A DNA stretch of 63,624 nucleotides, counting the filler, from Octopus bimaculoides (Eukaryota), in NCBI RefSeq assembly GCF_001194135.2. It is 9 parts of 8 records of this genome, joined end to end, with 100 filler letters (N's around TTAATTAATTAA, not from the genome) between each part and the next. Parts side by side here need not be neighbours in the genome. Positions count along the whole stretch, not along the records: positions 16,863 to 26,862 come from NC_069009.1; positions 26,963 to 40,786 come from NC_068981.1; 7 more parts are not named here. One strand, given 5' to 3'. A model generated the notes under the pieces. It was not told the origin of the DNA. It was given only the letters and a program-made list of their open reading frames with translations, and searched no databases. A program made the position numbers and the translations under genes. Shown piece after piece: positions 25,697 through 36,530 of the stretch. Each line of letters begins with the position of its first letter. The stretch's first letter is position 1.

Positions 25697-26460
25697 GCTA
25701 CTACTACTATTACTACTACCACTACTACTACTCTTCTTTTTCTTTTTTATTTCTTCTCCACCAAATTGTACCACTCCTTCTTTGTCTCTACCCTTTTTCC
25801 ATTTTCTTCTCTTTTATCTTTTGCATTTTGTCTTTCTCTTCCTCATCTTCTTCTTCTTGAACTTCTCCATTTTCCCAGTGCATTTCATTTCCTCTCTTTC
25901 ATGATTTCTTCATATTTTTTTCTTTCTCTATATTTCGGTATTTTTTGTCTATCTAATACCTATGCTATTTACATCACAACTACCAGCGCTTCTCTCATTA
26001 ATGAAGTCTTCATCATCACCACCAGTATCATTTGAATCCTTATTTTATTGTAATATTCGTCATTATATTTATCAATCATCAACTTCGTCAATTTCCACAT
26101 CGACCCCTTCATTATCAACAGCATTCATTACCATAAAACACCACGGTCAGATGCACAATCTTCAACACCATCAACATCATCATCATCGTCAACAGAGACA
26201 TTCCTATAAAAATCGTCATCCTCAATACCATACTTATAACCACTATAAACGTGCTAATACCCATCATTATCAGAATAATCACACTTAACAAAATCACACC
26301 CCATCATCAGGATAATAGATTTATCGTCAACACTGCCATCATATTTTCATGTCCTTCAGTTTATCATTATATGCCTCATCACCACACCTCCACCATTATC
26401 CCCATCATCGGCCACCAATTCATTATCATCGTAATCTACTCTCCATTTCTTCTATCATTT
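25215..26460. repeat. TTC/TAC then CAT-rich low-complexity block
   Basis: Seen directly; precedes LRR exon 3 and mirrors the block before LRR exon 1. Confidence 0.85.
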
Positions 26461-26537
26461 AGCTCTTTTGATATGATGTTTGATATTCTCTCAAAAACCT
26501 GATCCATGCAAGTTCTTCACTAAAATTTCTTTTGCAG

Positions 26538-26609
26538 GGATTTAGGTGCTAATCATATGAAGGAAATCAAAACAGAACTATTCCAATATCTGTCCAGCTT
26601 AAAGACTCT
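26538..26609 (+). CDS. LRR exon 3 (72 nt, phase 2-2)
   Basis: tttcttttgcag acceptor, gtaagt donor; DLGANHMKEIKTELFQYLSSLKTL. Confidence 0.92.
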
Positions 26610-26742
26610 GTAAGTTGAATGATTCTTGCTTATGGTATTTCATTGAAGATATTTTTCTAAATATGTAATGATTCCCATATTTCATTTTAAATTTCCTTAC
26701 CTGTCCTTCCCTCTGCTACCACACACACACACTCTCTCCCCG

Positions 26743-26779
<37 letters not shown>

Positions 26780-27486
26780 AATCTATTCCTCAGAGTTGGC
26801 ATATATGAGAGTGTGATACTTTAGGAAAAGTATTTACTGCATACATGCGTGTATATATATATNNNNNNNNNNNNNNNNNNNNNNNNNNNNNNNNNNNNNN
26901 NNNNNNTTAATTAATTAANNNNNNNNNNNNNNNNNNNNNNNNNNNNNNNNNNNNNNNNNNNNATACATATATATATATATATACCCTATGTGAAAGGCCT
27001 CTCCGAAAATATACAAAAGATATGCGGCCCATATGACATCAGGACAGTATTCAAGAGTAATGCAACACTTTGCAAATATCTCCTTCGAGTAAAACCACCA
27101 ATAGAAGAGAATATGACTGAAGACTGCATGTACTCCATCCCATGCAGCTGTGGTAGGTTATACAAAGGCGAAACATGCCACCCACTCAAAATAACGGTAG
27201 ACGAACATTGCAAAACTGTGATGCGAGGACATATTGATAAATCATGTATAACTGATCATGTATGGAAAAATAGAGACCACCTCCCCCTGTGGGATGAAGT
27301 TAAAATAATAGACAGAGAACACCACTGGAAAATACGGAAACTAAATGAAGCAACACATATACTAGGACACAACAACCTCCTAAGCAGACCGAGTGCAGAT
27401 ATGAGCAGCATATGGGAACTGGTATTAAGGAAGGATAGAAAAATATTAGATTTATAAGCCCTAAAATTCACTTCATAATTGCCCAT

Positions 27487-27560
27487 GGGCATACGGCGTA
27501 GTGGTTAAGAGTGTGGGCTACTAACCCCAAGATTCTGAGTTTGATTCCAAGCAGTAACCT
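27487..27560 (+). promoter_or_regulatory. tRNA-derived internal Pol III promoter-like segment
   Basis: A-box CGGCGTAGTGG (27494-27504), anticodon-arm-like GGGCTACTAACCC, B-box GTTTGATTCC (27539-27548, CpG-decayed GTTCGATTCC). Confidence 0.6.
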
Positions 27561-27639
27561 GAACAACAATAATAATACTAATAATAATAACATCGAAAAA
27601 TACCTTAAGAATGAGAATCCAGGTTTGAAATTTCCCCAA

Positions 27640-27686
27640 GACACCTGAAAAAGGCTGGAGGGTATATCAGCTGAAACGTTGTATTA
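27640..27686 (+). ncRNA. Degenerate minimal (dimer-type) hammerhead ribozyme of the Penelope pLTR
   Basis: GACAC, CTGAAAA, A, GGCTG[gagggtatat]CAGCT, GAAAC, GT, T, GTATT. Palindromic AACGTT stem III. Core G8 is changed to A and stem I has one mismatch. Confidence 0.65.
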
Positions 27687-27759
27687 ACAACAAACAGGAT
27701 GAGGACAAATATCCGTCGAATGTAAAAAAGTAAATTAAAGAATTTTTTAATAAAGCCTG

Positions 27760-27970
27760 ATGCTTATTGTATCCATCCCTTTTGCCGAACCACTGAGTTA
27801 CAGGAAAATAAATCAACAGGGTGGGGTGGGGGCAAACACAATCCTCTCATAAGGCTTTGGTTGACCTGGGGCTATAGTAGAACATACTTGCCATACATAC
27901 ATATTTGCTATACTGTGGGACTGAACCAGAAACTAGGTGGTTGAGAAGCAAACTTCTTACCATACAGCCA
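27760..27970 (-). mobile_element. SINE family A (internally deleted)
   Basis: ...ctgtgggactgaaccagaaactaggtggttgagaagcaaacttcttaccatacagcc. Confidence 0.8.
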
Positions 27971-28391
27971 TATATTCCACTCTCAAAAGGTAAATGGGTG
28001 TAACAGAGCAGGAAAAACTCGCTATTATAAGCAGTAGCAGCACTGTAAAATTGAAGAGTAGTTCATTGATTTGCAGAGCTGAGTTTAATACTTCATATGA
28101 GCATAATTCTATTGTAAAGAAAAAAGTGTATTTGTTCAAGAATATTTAGCTGCTACATTTTGCAGATCAAACAACTATGCAGAAACTTTTTATTTATCTG
28201 AACAGGATCATCAAAGACTATAGTGGAAAAGGGTTTCAGGTCAACAGGATCATCAAAGACTATAGTGGAAATGAGTTTCAGGTCAACAGAAATGAGTATG
28301 GTTCATAGTAAGCCCTAAGACATGGGCAATATCTCACAAGGATCCAGAACTGTTGTTATAGTTGTCATTTTATAAAAGAAAAAAAAAGTTA

Positions 28392-28867
28392 TCGTAAATC
28401 CTCGAGTATAGTCCGTCCTTGAGTATAATACACAGGGGATCTTTAGGGGGCTGCACCTCTGAAAAACCTAAACCTTGTGTATAATACACACCCCTTCTCT
28501 AACTTGAGTCAAGGAGGTCTATATAATGTCCTTGGTTTGTAAACATATATACGGTAACATCCTATATTATTATTGTATATGTAACATAATGCAAACGTGT
28601 AGCTTTTTTGTGCACTTTGTTTGCAGAAAATAAAGAAATAACAGTGAAAAATAAATATTAAGTAAATTGCCTTTACATATTTATCACTATCAGTTACAAC
28701 CTCGACATCACAAAATGCATCTCAATAAACATTGCCGGACAGCAAATAGAAACTCGGACATTGCTTAGAAAATATTTTTCATTTTTAACCTCGCATATAG
28801 TACGCACTAGGGATTTTGACCTTTAAATTTGGGGGGAAAAATGCGGATTATACTCAAGGATTTACAG
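28392..28867. mobile_element. pogo/Tigger-like (Tc1/mariner superfamily) non-autonomous element
   Basis: TIRs TCGTAAATCCTCGAGTATAGTCCG and TGCGGATTATACTCAAGGATTTACAG, flanked by TA on both sides. Confidence 0.8.
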
Positions 28868-28902
28868 TATGTGGTCTTTTTTCTTTTTATAAAAAAATAT
28901 AA

Positions 28903-29205
28903 GGCGTGGCTGTGTGGTAAGAAACTTCTTCCCAATCACATGATTCCAGGTTCAGTCCCACTGTGTGGCACCTTGGTAGACAAAAACTGAAAGAAGCCCA
29001 TCATGTGTGTGTGTCTTTGCTTGTCCCCCACTACTGTTTGACATCACTGTAACTTAGCAGTTCAGTAAAAGAGCCCAATAGAATAAATAACAGGCTTAAA
29101 AAAAAATACTGAGGTCAATTCATTGAACTAACAAAATTCAAAGGCGGTGCCCCAGCATGACTGCAGTCTAATGACTGAAACAAGTAAAAGATAAAAGATA
29201 AAATT
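28903..29205 (+). mobile_element. SINE family A
   Basis: ggcgtggctgtgtggtaagaaac ... ggttcagtcccactg ... gactgaaacaagtaaaagataaaag. Confidence 0.88.
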
Positions 29206-30639
29206 ACATTGAAAGTCTTTGTAAACCTTTTCAAAATGGTGAAGCACTGCTGAGGATTAGTTAGAAATTTAGTAGATTGATACCTGTATGGGAAGTATGG
29301 GTTGCAAAGGAGTTCCAGAATTCTGCAGTTCTTGAAATATTGATGATTATGGTGATGATAGTGGGGTTGGTGGTGAGGAGGAGGTAGAAGAAAAGAATAG
29401 GCAAAGAAAAAAAGGAGGAAAAAAGGAAGGAGGAGCAAGGGAAAGAGGAAGAATTAATAATGGTGATGATGGTGACAATAAGATAGGAAGAAATAAAGGA
29501 TAAACTGATTCTTGGATACAGTATATAAATAAAGGAGAAAACAAATGCTTTGGTTCAAACTACAAGTGGAAGAATTTTTTTTAAATTTGCAAGAATGTTC
29601 CTGATTTACAATTTGGATGTATTTTAAGCTTCAGTTAGAATAATACAACATATTAGAGAACTTCTAATACAGCTTAACTGAACATCTCTCTCAGACTATC
29701 ATTACTATTTTTTTTTTCACATTTTTTTCTCCAGACTTCCTGCTTTTGTGTATGCATGTGTACATATATATATATATCTATATATATATATATATATATA
29801 TATATTGTATTTTTGGGAGATTTTTGTTGCGTTTTTTTCTTCCTGTTATCAGCCACATCCAATCACACTACACATTCATCCTGCTACCTAGCACTAACTC
29901 CCCAAGTAAAATTTCCAATGCTAAAAATACAAAAAAGAAATGAAAGCGAAAAATACCACCATTTATTTTTTGGAGGAAATAGCATGTAATCTACTGAATA
30001 CTAATTATAAGCAGAGAGAAGAAGCTAGGAAAGAAAATGTATACCTATTGCTGCTTCATTAATACAAAACAAACAAATAATAATAAAAATAAAACCAAAT
30101 ATTTTTATCTTTTCCCCCTTTATTTCCTTTCTCAGTCCCTTTTGTCTGTTAACACTTGAGAAAACTAGTAAACATTTTGTAATGGAAAGGTGAAAAGAGA
30201 AGACATTCTCTACACCCCTATACTCTAGCATTGATATCTGTTTGCTCTTACGAAGTTACCAAAAATAAATTGTAGTTGAGAGGTTAATAAATCAACCAAA
30301 CTAAAAAGGAAATGAAGTGAAATGTTCTTTATGTCATTGCCAAGAATGCTTCTATTTTTTGTTCAATTATCATTGTTATAATTGAGAATTTGGGATTGGC
30401 ACAAATGTTACAGTGTTAGTAAAAAATGACTTGTGTTATTCAGTGATGGCTCTTTCCTTTCAGAATTCAAGATCAACTTTGCTTTTCAGGGTTGGCAAAA
30501 TAAAGTACAAGTCATACACTGGAGTTGGTGTAATTCACTTGCCCCTCCCCCAAACATTGCTGGCTATATGCTAAAATTTGAAAGAATTACCATCCACTAT
30601 CATCATCAAGTTGGTAAGCTATCAGAATTGTTATCATGG

Positions 30640-30830
30640 TAGACAAAATGCTCGGCAGCATTTCTTCCAGCTCTTTATGTTCAGAGTTCAAATTCCACTG
30701 AGGTCGATTTAGCCTTTCATCCTTTTGGAATCAACAAAATAGAATACTAGTCAAGTACTGGGGTTGATGTAATTGACTTTTACCCTTCCTCTAAATTGCT
30801 GGTCTTGTACCAAAACTAGAAACCATTATT
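30640..30830 (+). mobile_element. SINE family B
   Basis: gttcagagttcaaattccactgaggtcgat ... gtactggggttgatgtaattgac; (ATT)n tail. Confidence 0.8.
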
Positions 30831-30850
30831 ATTATTATTATTATTATTAT

Positions 30851-32227
30851 TCAGTAGTTTTATTTTTATAATGTTCTTTCACTTCACTACCAAACGCAGC
30901 TCTGTGTGCCTTGGGTATGTGCTGTGGTTTGCTGTGATGCTCTTATGGTTACTGTATTGAAAGTGTTTTGCGTAGGATGTGTACAGTGCCCAGTAGTGCN
31001 NNNNNNNNNAGAGTATGGTTGCTTTCTCGTTTTCTGGCGTGTGTTTATACCATCTTTTTTCCGTTATTCCATAGTGTTGGCATAGCTTCCAGTGTATATA
31101 GGTCCCAGCTCTGTCGTGTCTGTGAATATATTCCTTCTTAGCCAGGACTGGGCAGCCAGAGATAATATGGTTTATTGTTTCTTGTCCATCACCACATATT
31201 CTGCAGTTAATTGCTATGTTTCTTTTCATTATATGTTTTTAGTAATTTCTGATGGGGACACTTTGGTCTTGTGCAGCAATTAAAAATCCTTCAGTCTCTG
31301 CTTTGAGTCCTGAGCTTCTCAACAATTGTTGGGATTTTTCTCTGTCTATTTCTTTTGCATTTAGTTTAGCCCAGTATTTACCATGTAGGGGCTTTTCTTG
31401 CCATCGTTTCATCATGGTCCGTTGCTGTTCTAGTTTTAGTTTGGATTTCATTTGTTTTATAGCTTTTGTTGTTTCTTCTTCTTCTTCTTCTTCTTCTTCT
31501 TCTTCTTCTTCTTCTTCTTCTTCTTCTTCTTCTTCTNNNNNNNNNNNNNNNNNNNNNNNNNNNNNNNNNNNNNNNNNNNNNNNNNNNNNNNNNNNNNNNN
31601 NNNNNNNNNNNNNNNNNNNNNNNNNNNNNNNNNNNNNNNNNNNNNNNNNNNNNNNNNNNNNNNNNNNNNNNNNNNNNNNNNNNNNNNNNNNNNNNNNNNN
31701 NNNNNNNNNNNNNNNNNNNNNNNNNNNNNNNNNNNNNNNNNNNNNNNNNNNNNNNNNNNNNNNNNNNNNNNNNNNNNNNNNNNNNNNNNNNNNNNNNNNN
31801 NNNNNNNNNNNNNNNNNNNNNNNNNNNNNNNNNNNNNNNNNNNNNNNNNNNNNNNNNNNNNNNNNNNNNNNNNNNNNNNNNNNNNNNNNNNNNNNNNNNN
31901 NNNNNNNNNNNNNNNNNNNNNNNNNNNNNNNNNNNNNNNNNNNNNNNNNNNNNNNNNNNNNNNNNNNNNNNNNNNNNNNNNNNNNNNNNNNNNNNNNNNN
32001 NNNNNNNNNNNNNNNNNNNNNNNNNNNNNNNNNNNNNGTTCGTTTAGTGTCCAGTTAAAGATATTGTAGCTGTAACTTATAACTGGGATGGCTAAAGTAT
32101 TAATACCTATTATCTTGTTTTTAGCATTGAGCTCTGTTTTTAGTATTGATTTAACTCGTCTATAGTACTCTTTCTTTATTTTTTCTTTCATTTGTGTGTG
32201 TTGTATCCTATCTAGTTCATTGACTCT
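30851..32227 (-). mobile_element. Dong/R4-clade (RLE) non-LTR retrotransposon, 5'-truncated, inserted in (TTA)n
   Basis: ...KEYYRRVKSILKTELNAKNKIIGINTLAIPVISYS...LHGKY...GLKAETEGFLIAAQDQ...CRICGDGQETINHIISGCPVLAKKEYIHRHD...LLGTVHILR: CCHC knuckle plus RHD motif. Both ends abut TTA repeats. Confidence 0.9.
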
Positions 32228-32280
32228 TATTATTATTATTATTATTACTATTATTATTATTATTATCATCATTATTATTA

Positions 32281-32317
<37 letters not shown>

Positions 32318-32712
32318 GGCAATGAGCTGGCAGAATCATTAGTATGCTGGGCGAAATGCTTAGCAGTATTTCACCCATCACTATATTCTGAGTTCAAATT
32401 CCACTGTGGTTGACTTTGTCTTTCATCCTTTTGGGGTTGATTTAATAAGTATCAGTTATACACTGGGATTAATGTAATCGACTTAATCCCTTCCCCTAAG
32501 CTGCCCCTGTGGCAAAAATTTGAAATCATCATTATTGTGGCAGCAGACTGGCAGAATCGTTAGTATGTTGGACAATATGCTTAGCAGCATTCTGTCTGTC
32601 TTCACATTCTGTGTTCAAATTCTGCTGAGGTCATCTTTGCCTTTTATTCTTTTGAGCACTAGAGTCAATGTAATTTCACAAATTTTCAGGCTTTGTGCCT
32701 AAATAGAAATTA

Positions 32713-32763
<51 letters not shown>

Positions 32764-32945
32764 GGAAAAGATTATTTGAGAAATTATCTGTGGCATTTGT
32801 TCGAGTTCTTTACATTCTGAATTATAAAACTTCACCTTCCATTCTTCCAGGGTTGATAAAATAGAGTACCAGTCAAGTACTGGGGTAGATTTAATTGACT
32901 AACCATTCTCCCTAATTTTTCAGACCTTGTGTCTATGATAGAAGC
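32318..32945 (+). mobile_element. Chain of three SINE family B copies separated by (ATT)n
   Basis: Copies start at about 32318, 32540 and 32780, all on the plus strand. Confidence 0.85.
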
Positions 32946-34698
32946 AATTAATATTGTCATATGGATGGTCGACAGAAAGAAAAATTAGCCTAAAACTCCA
33001 GATTACTGACATGTTAAATAAGATATGTGGCTTTTCTAAAAATCTTTTCGCAAAGTCAGCATGTCACAATTATGATCATTATAACCTACCAGTTGAATAA
33101 GTGGAAAAACCATGCAATCAATGGAACGTCAACTCTCAAATTCCATAAGAGGGATAATGGAGTATATGAGCAATGATGGCCTGAGAATTATTCTGAGGAC
33201 AGGAAGAGTTGTCTCTTTCAGAAGACTTTCAGGCTGGGCATTATGTATGACTTCCAAAAGCTCTGGTCTGATGATGTTACAGTGGGTAAGGAAGAGGGCA
33301 TTACCTGTTCAGGATAAACTCAAAAACTATAGTAGTCTAGCAAAATAATGTTAGCCAAGCCTACATACACTTGGTAATGGATGGACCTTAAATAAAGTTG
33401 CATAGACTGGCAACAAGTCAAAAGTAGCTGGATGCAAGTGCAGTTGCTAGTTTTCTATGCAACAGAAACATATGGAGAAATTCAACCACATATGTTGTAT
33501 AATTGACTGTAGAAATAAAAAAAAAATACAGATGTACTAATCTCCATATTCATTGTAACTATCTTGGATATACACCCAGTAAAATATTTGTAATCCAATG
33601 AAGCAAACCCAAGATTTACCCATCAGCTGAAGTACAGTGGGATTGCCACCTCAAGCAATCTCAAGTGCTTGTACGGTACCTGCCTAAATATTTTATCTCC
33701 ATATATATATTTATAAAACACATAGATATGCGTTCGTATATATATATATATTGTATTATTTATATATATATATNNNNNNNNNNNNNNNNNNNNNNNNNNN
33801 NNNNNNNNNNNNNNNNNNNNNNNNNNNNNNNNNNNNNNNNNNNNNNNNNNNNNNNNNNNNNNNNNNNNNNNNNNNNNNNNNNNNNNNNNNNNNNNNNNNN
33901 NNNNNNNNNNNNNNNNNNNNNNNNNNNNNNNNNNNNNNNNNNNNNNNNNNNNNNNNNNNNNNNNNNNNNNNNNNNNNNNNNNNNNNNNNNNNNNNNNNNN
34001 NNNNNNNNNNNNNNNNNNNNNNNNNNNNNNNNNNNNNNNNNNNNNNNNNNNNNNNNNNNNNNNNNNNNNNNNNNNNNNNNNNNNNNNNNNNNNNNNNNNN
34101 NNNNNNNNNNNNNNNNNNNNNNNNNNNNNNNNNNNNNNNNNNNNNNNNNNNNNNNNNNNNNNNNNNNNNNNNNNNNNNNNNNNNNNNNNNNNNNNNNNNN
34201 NNNNNNNNNNNNNNNNNNNNNNNNNNNNNNNNNNNNNNNNNNNNNNNNNNNNNNNNNNNNNNNNNNNNNNNNNNNNNNNNNNNNNNNNNNNNNNNNNNNN
34301 NNNNNNNNNNNNNNNNNNNNNNNNNNNNNNNNNNNNNNNNNNNNNNNNNNNNNNNNNNNNNNNNNNNNNNNNNNNNNNNNNNNNNNNNNNNNNNNNNNNN
34401 NNNNNNNNNNNNNNNNNNNNNNNNNNNNNNNNNNNNNNNNNNNNNNNNNNNNNNNNNNNNNNNNNNNNNNNNNNNNNNNNNNNNNNNNNNNNNNNNNNNN
34501 NNNNNNNNNNNNNNNNNNNNNNNNNNNNNNNNNNNNNNNNNNNNNNNNNNNNNNNNNNNNNNNNNNNNNNNNNNNNNNNNNNNNNNNNNNNNNNNNNNNN
34601 NNNNNNNNNNNNNNNNNNNNNNNNNNNNNNNNNNNNNNNNNNNNNNNNNNNNNNNNNNNNNNNNNNNNNNNNNNNNNNNNNNNNNNNNNNNNNNNNNN

Positions 34699-34755
<57 letters not shown>

Positions 34756-35399
34756 TGTATGTACGTATCTTTTCTATTCTGTAGTAGTAGTAGTAGGAAG
34801 GGAGAGAAAAAGAGGAAAGTAAAGGGAGACAAAAGAGATTAAAATAAAAAGAAGAATGCTGGTAAGAGGAGAAAAAATCTCACTCATACACACACACTAA
34901 CACATGCATACATATAGTAATGTGGGTAAAAGAAGGATTTGAAAAGACATTAATGTAATGTTGGATTCCTAGGGATGGTGGGGGTTTGTCCTTTTTAGAC
35001 ATGTTAATCTTTCTTTGTTTCTCTTTGGAAGAGAGTGAGAGAGAGAGAGAGAGAGAGAAGTATAAAGAAATAGATTTAGAGAGAAAGAGAGGAGTACTAA
35101 TGGCAACGGCATCATTGACATAGATTATGCTTATGAATGGGTGGAGAGAAGTTGAGAGGTATATGCAATGGATAAGCTTCAGGAGTGACAAAGCAGTTAT
35201 GTTCATCTAATTATCTATTATACATAATTTTATGGCAGGAAGATCCCCATGTTGCTAATATCTAGCTCAAGCTTATCCAAATTTCTGGACATAAAAATTA
35301 ACCATTAATTCTGTCTTCCAATGACTGAGCTGAATGCCTCATCTTGTCACTATTCTTGATGATGATGTTTAGTTCCATAGGCAGTAAGATCAAATTTGT

Positions 35400-35540
35400 T
35401 TCAACAATGATCATCATATCTTTGTTTCAGACATGGTATATCTAGGACTACATTATCCAGTGGCTTACTATGATTTAAGAGAGATTTAGCTTCTGTTTCT
35501 AGCAAGCTCAGTGATGTAAAGTTTCCCATGTTGGTTCATT
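35400..35540 (+). mobile_element. SINE/LINE 3' fragment, family C (…gctgtttctagcaag…)
   Basis: Homologous to minus-strand pieces at about 53410-53480 and 58430-58585. Confidence 0.55.
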
Positions 35541-35624
35541 GATCATGTTATTGATGTTGTTGTTATTTGTGCAGCTGTGATTTTTAACTATAAGGCACCA
35601 TACAATATTTTCTTTGTATATAAG

Positions 35625-35850
35625 GCAGCGAACTGGCAGAAATGTTAGCACACTGGGTGAAATGCTTGGCGGTATTTTGTCTGCTGCTATGTTCTGAGTT
35701 CAAATTCTGCTGAGGTCGACTTTGCCTTTCATCCTTTCGGGGTCAATTAAATAAGTACCAGTTATGCACTGGAGGTTGATCTAATCAGCTTAATCCCTTT
35801 GTCTGTCCTTGTTTGTCTTCTCTATGTTTAGCTCCTTGTGGGCAATAAAG
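35625..35850 (+). mobile_element. SINE family B
   Basis: ggcagcgaactggcagaaatgttagcac ... gttctgagttcaaattctgctgaggtcgactttgcc. Confidence 0.9.
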
Positions 35851-36204
35851 AAATAAATATTTTCTTTATATCTCTGCTATTAAAGGACATTTTGTTTCAG
35901 CAAAGCCAGTGAAGAGGAGAGCAACAGAAACCAAATCACTACAATATCACAAGAGATATATCAAGATTTAAAGACATCCCCCTCAGTTCTATAAGATTTT
36001 ATGCCTCAAAACTAGAAACTTTCTCATGTTGCTCCTTTTTGACATCAAATAAAAGTATGTGCAAGTAAAAGAATTCAACTCATTTCTATGACATACTTTT
36101 TTCAGTAATAAGCAATGGTTGAAATATGGAAATAAAACCCATCGAAAACAATGAGTTTCTAAATTGATAAACACATTTCTAGCTAACATTTTCATCAAAT
36201 TCAT

Positions 36205-36530
36205 TAATGTAACATCATCATCAACATTGCCCTTTAATGCTTGTTTTCCATGCTGGCATGGGTTGGACAGTTTGATAGAAGCTGAAGCTAGAGGATTGTG
36301 CCAAGCTCTATCCAATGCCTGCTTTCACAAGGTTTCTATGGCTAGATGCCCTTCCTAACACCAACCACTTTACAGAGTGAGCAGGATGTTTCTCAGATGA
36401 CAATAGTATCAGTTAGACCACCAAGTAACTTGTATGACAAATGTCCCTCATTTGAAGGAGTGTCGTGTCGAGGGAGGTGGCTGTATACCAGGTGATGAGA
36501 GGTTAAAGTATGACAAAGGGACAGAAACAA
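36205..36530 (-). mobile_element. RTE-related SINE / LINE 3' end
   Basis: (CAT)n tail, ttttccatgctggcatgggttg and gatgcccttcctaacaccaacc; the same tail occurs at 38180-38235 (+) and 45680-45721 (-). Confidence 0.65.

Larger units (their letters stand above)
26985..27735 (+). mobile_element. Penelope/Poseidon-type element, 3' end (GIY-YIG ORF plus pseudo-LTR); the 5' part runs into a gap
   Basis: ORF 26990-27457: PYVKGLSE...MYSIPCSCGRLYKGET...DHVWKNRDH...WDEVKIIDREHHWKIRKLNEATHI is a PLE C-terminal GIY-YIG domain. It is followed by a tRNA-like head and a hammerhead motif. Confidence 0.9.

Noticed and set aside
27487-27560. Functional tRNA gene (also 13078-13145 and the SINE A heads)
   Set aside because: Acceptor stems do not pair and the sequence continues into repeat bodies; these are tRNA-derived heads only.
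28201-28289. CRISPR-like repeat
   Set aside because: Two adjacent copies with no spacer, in eukaryotic DNA.
33215-33307. Minus-strand candidate terminal exon (VMPSSLPTVTSSDQSFWKSYIMPSLKVF*)
   Set aside because: Not TYMS, no recognisable homology, and no partner exon.
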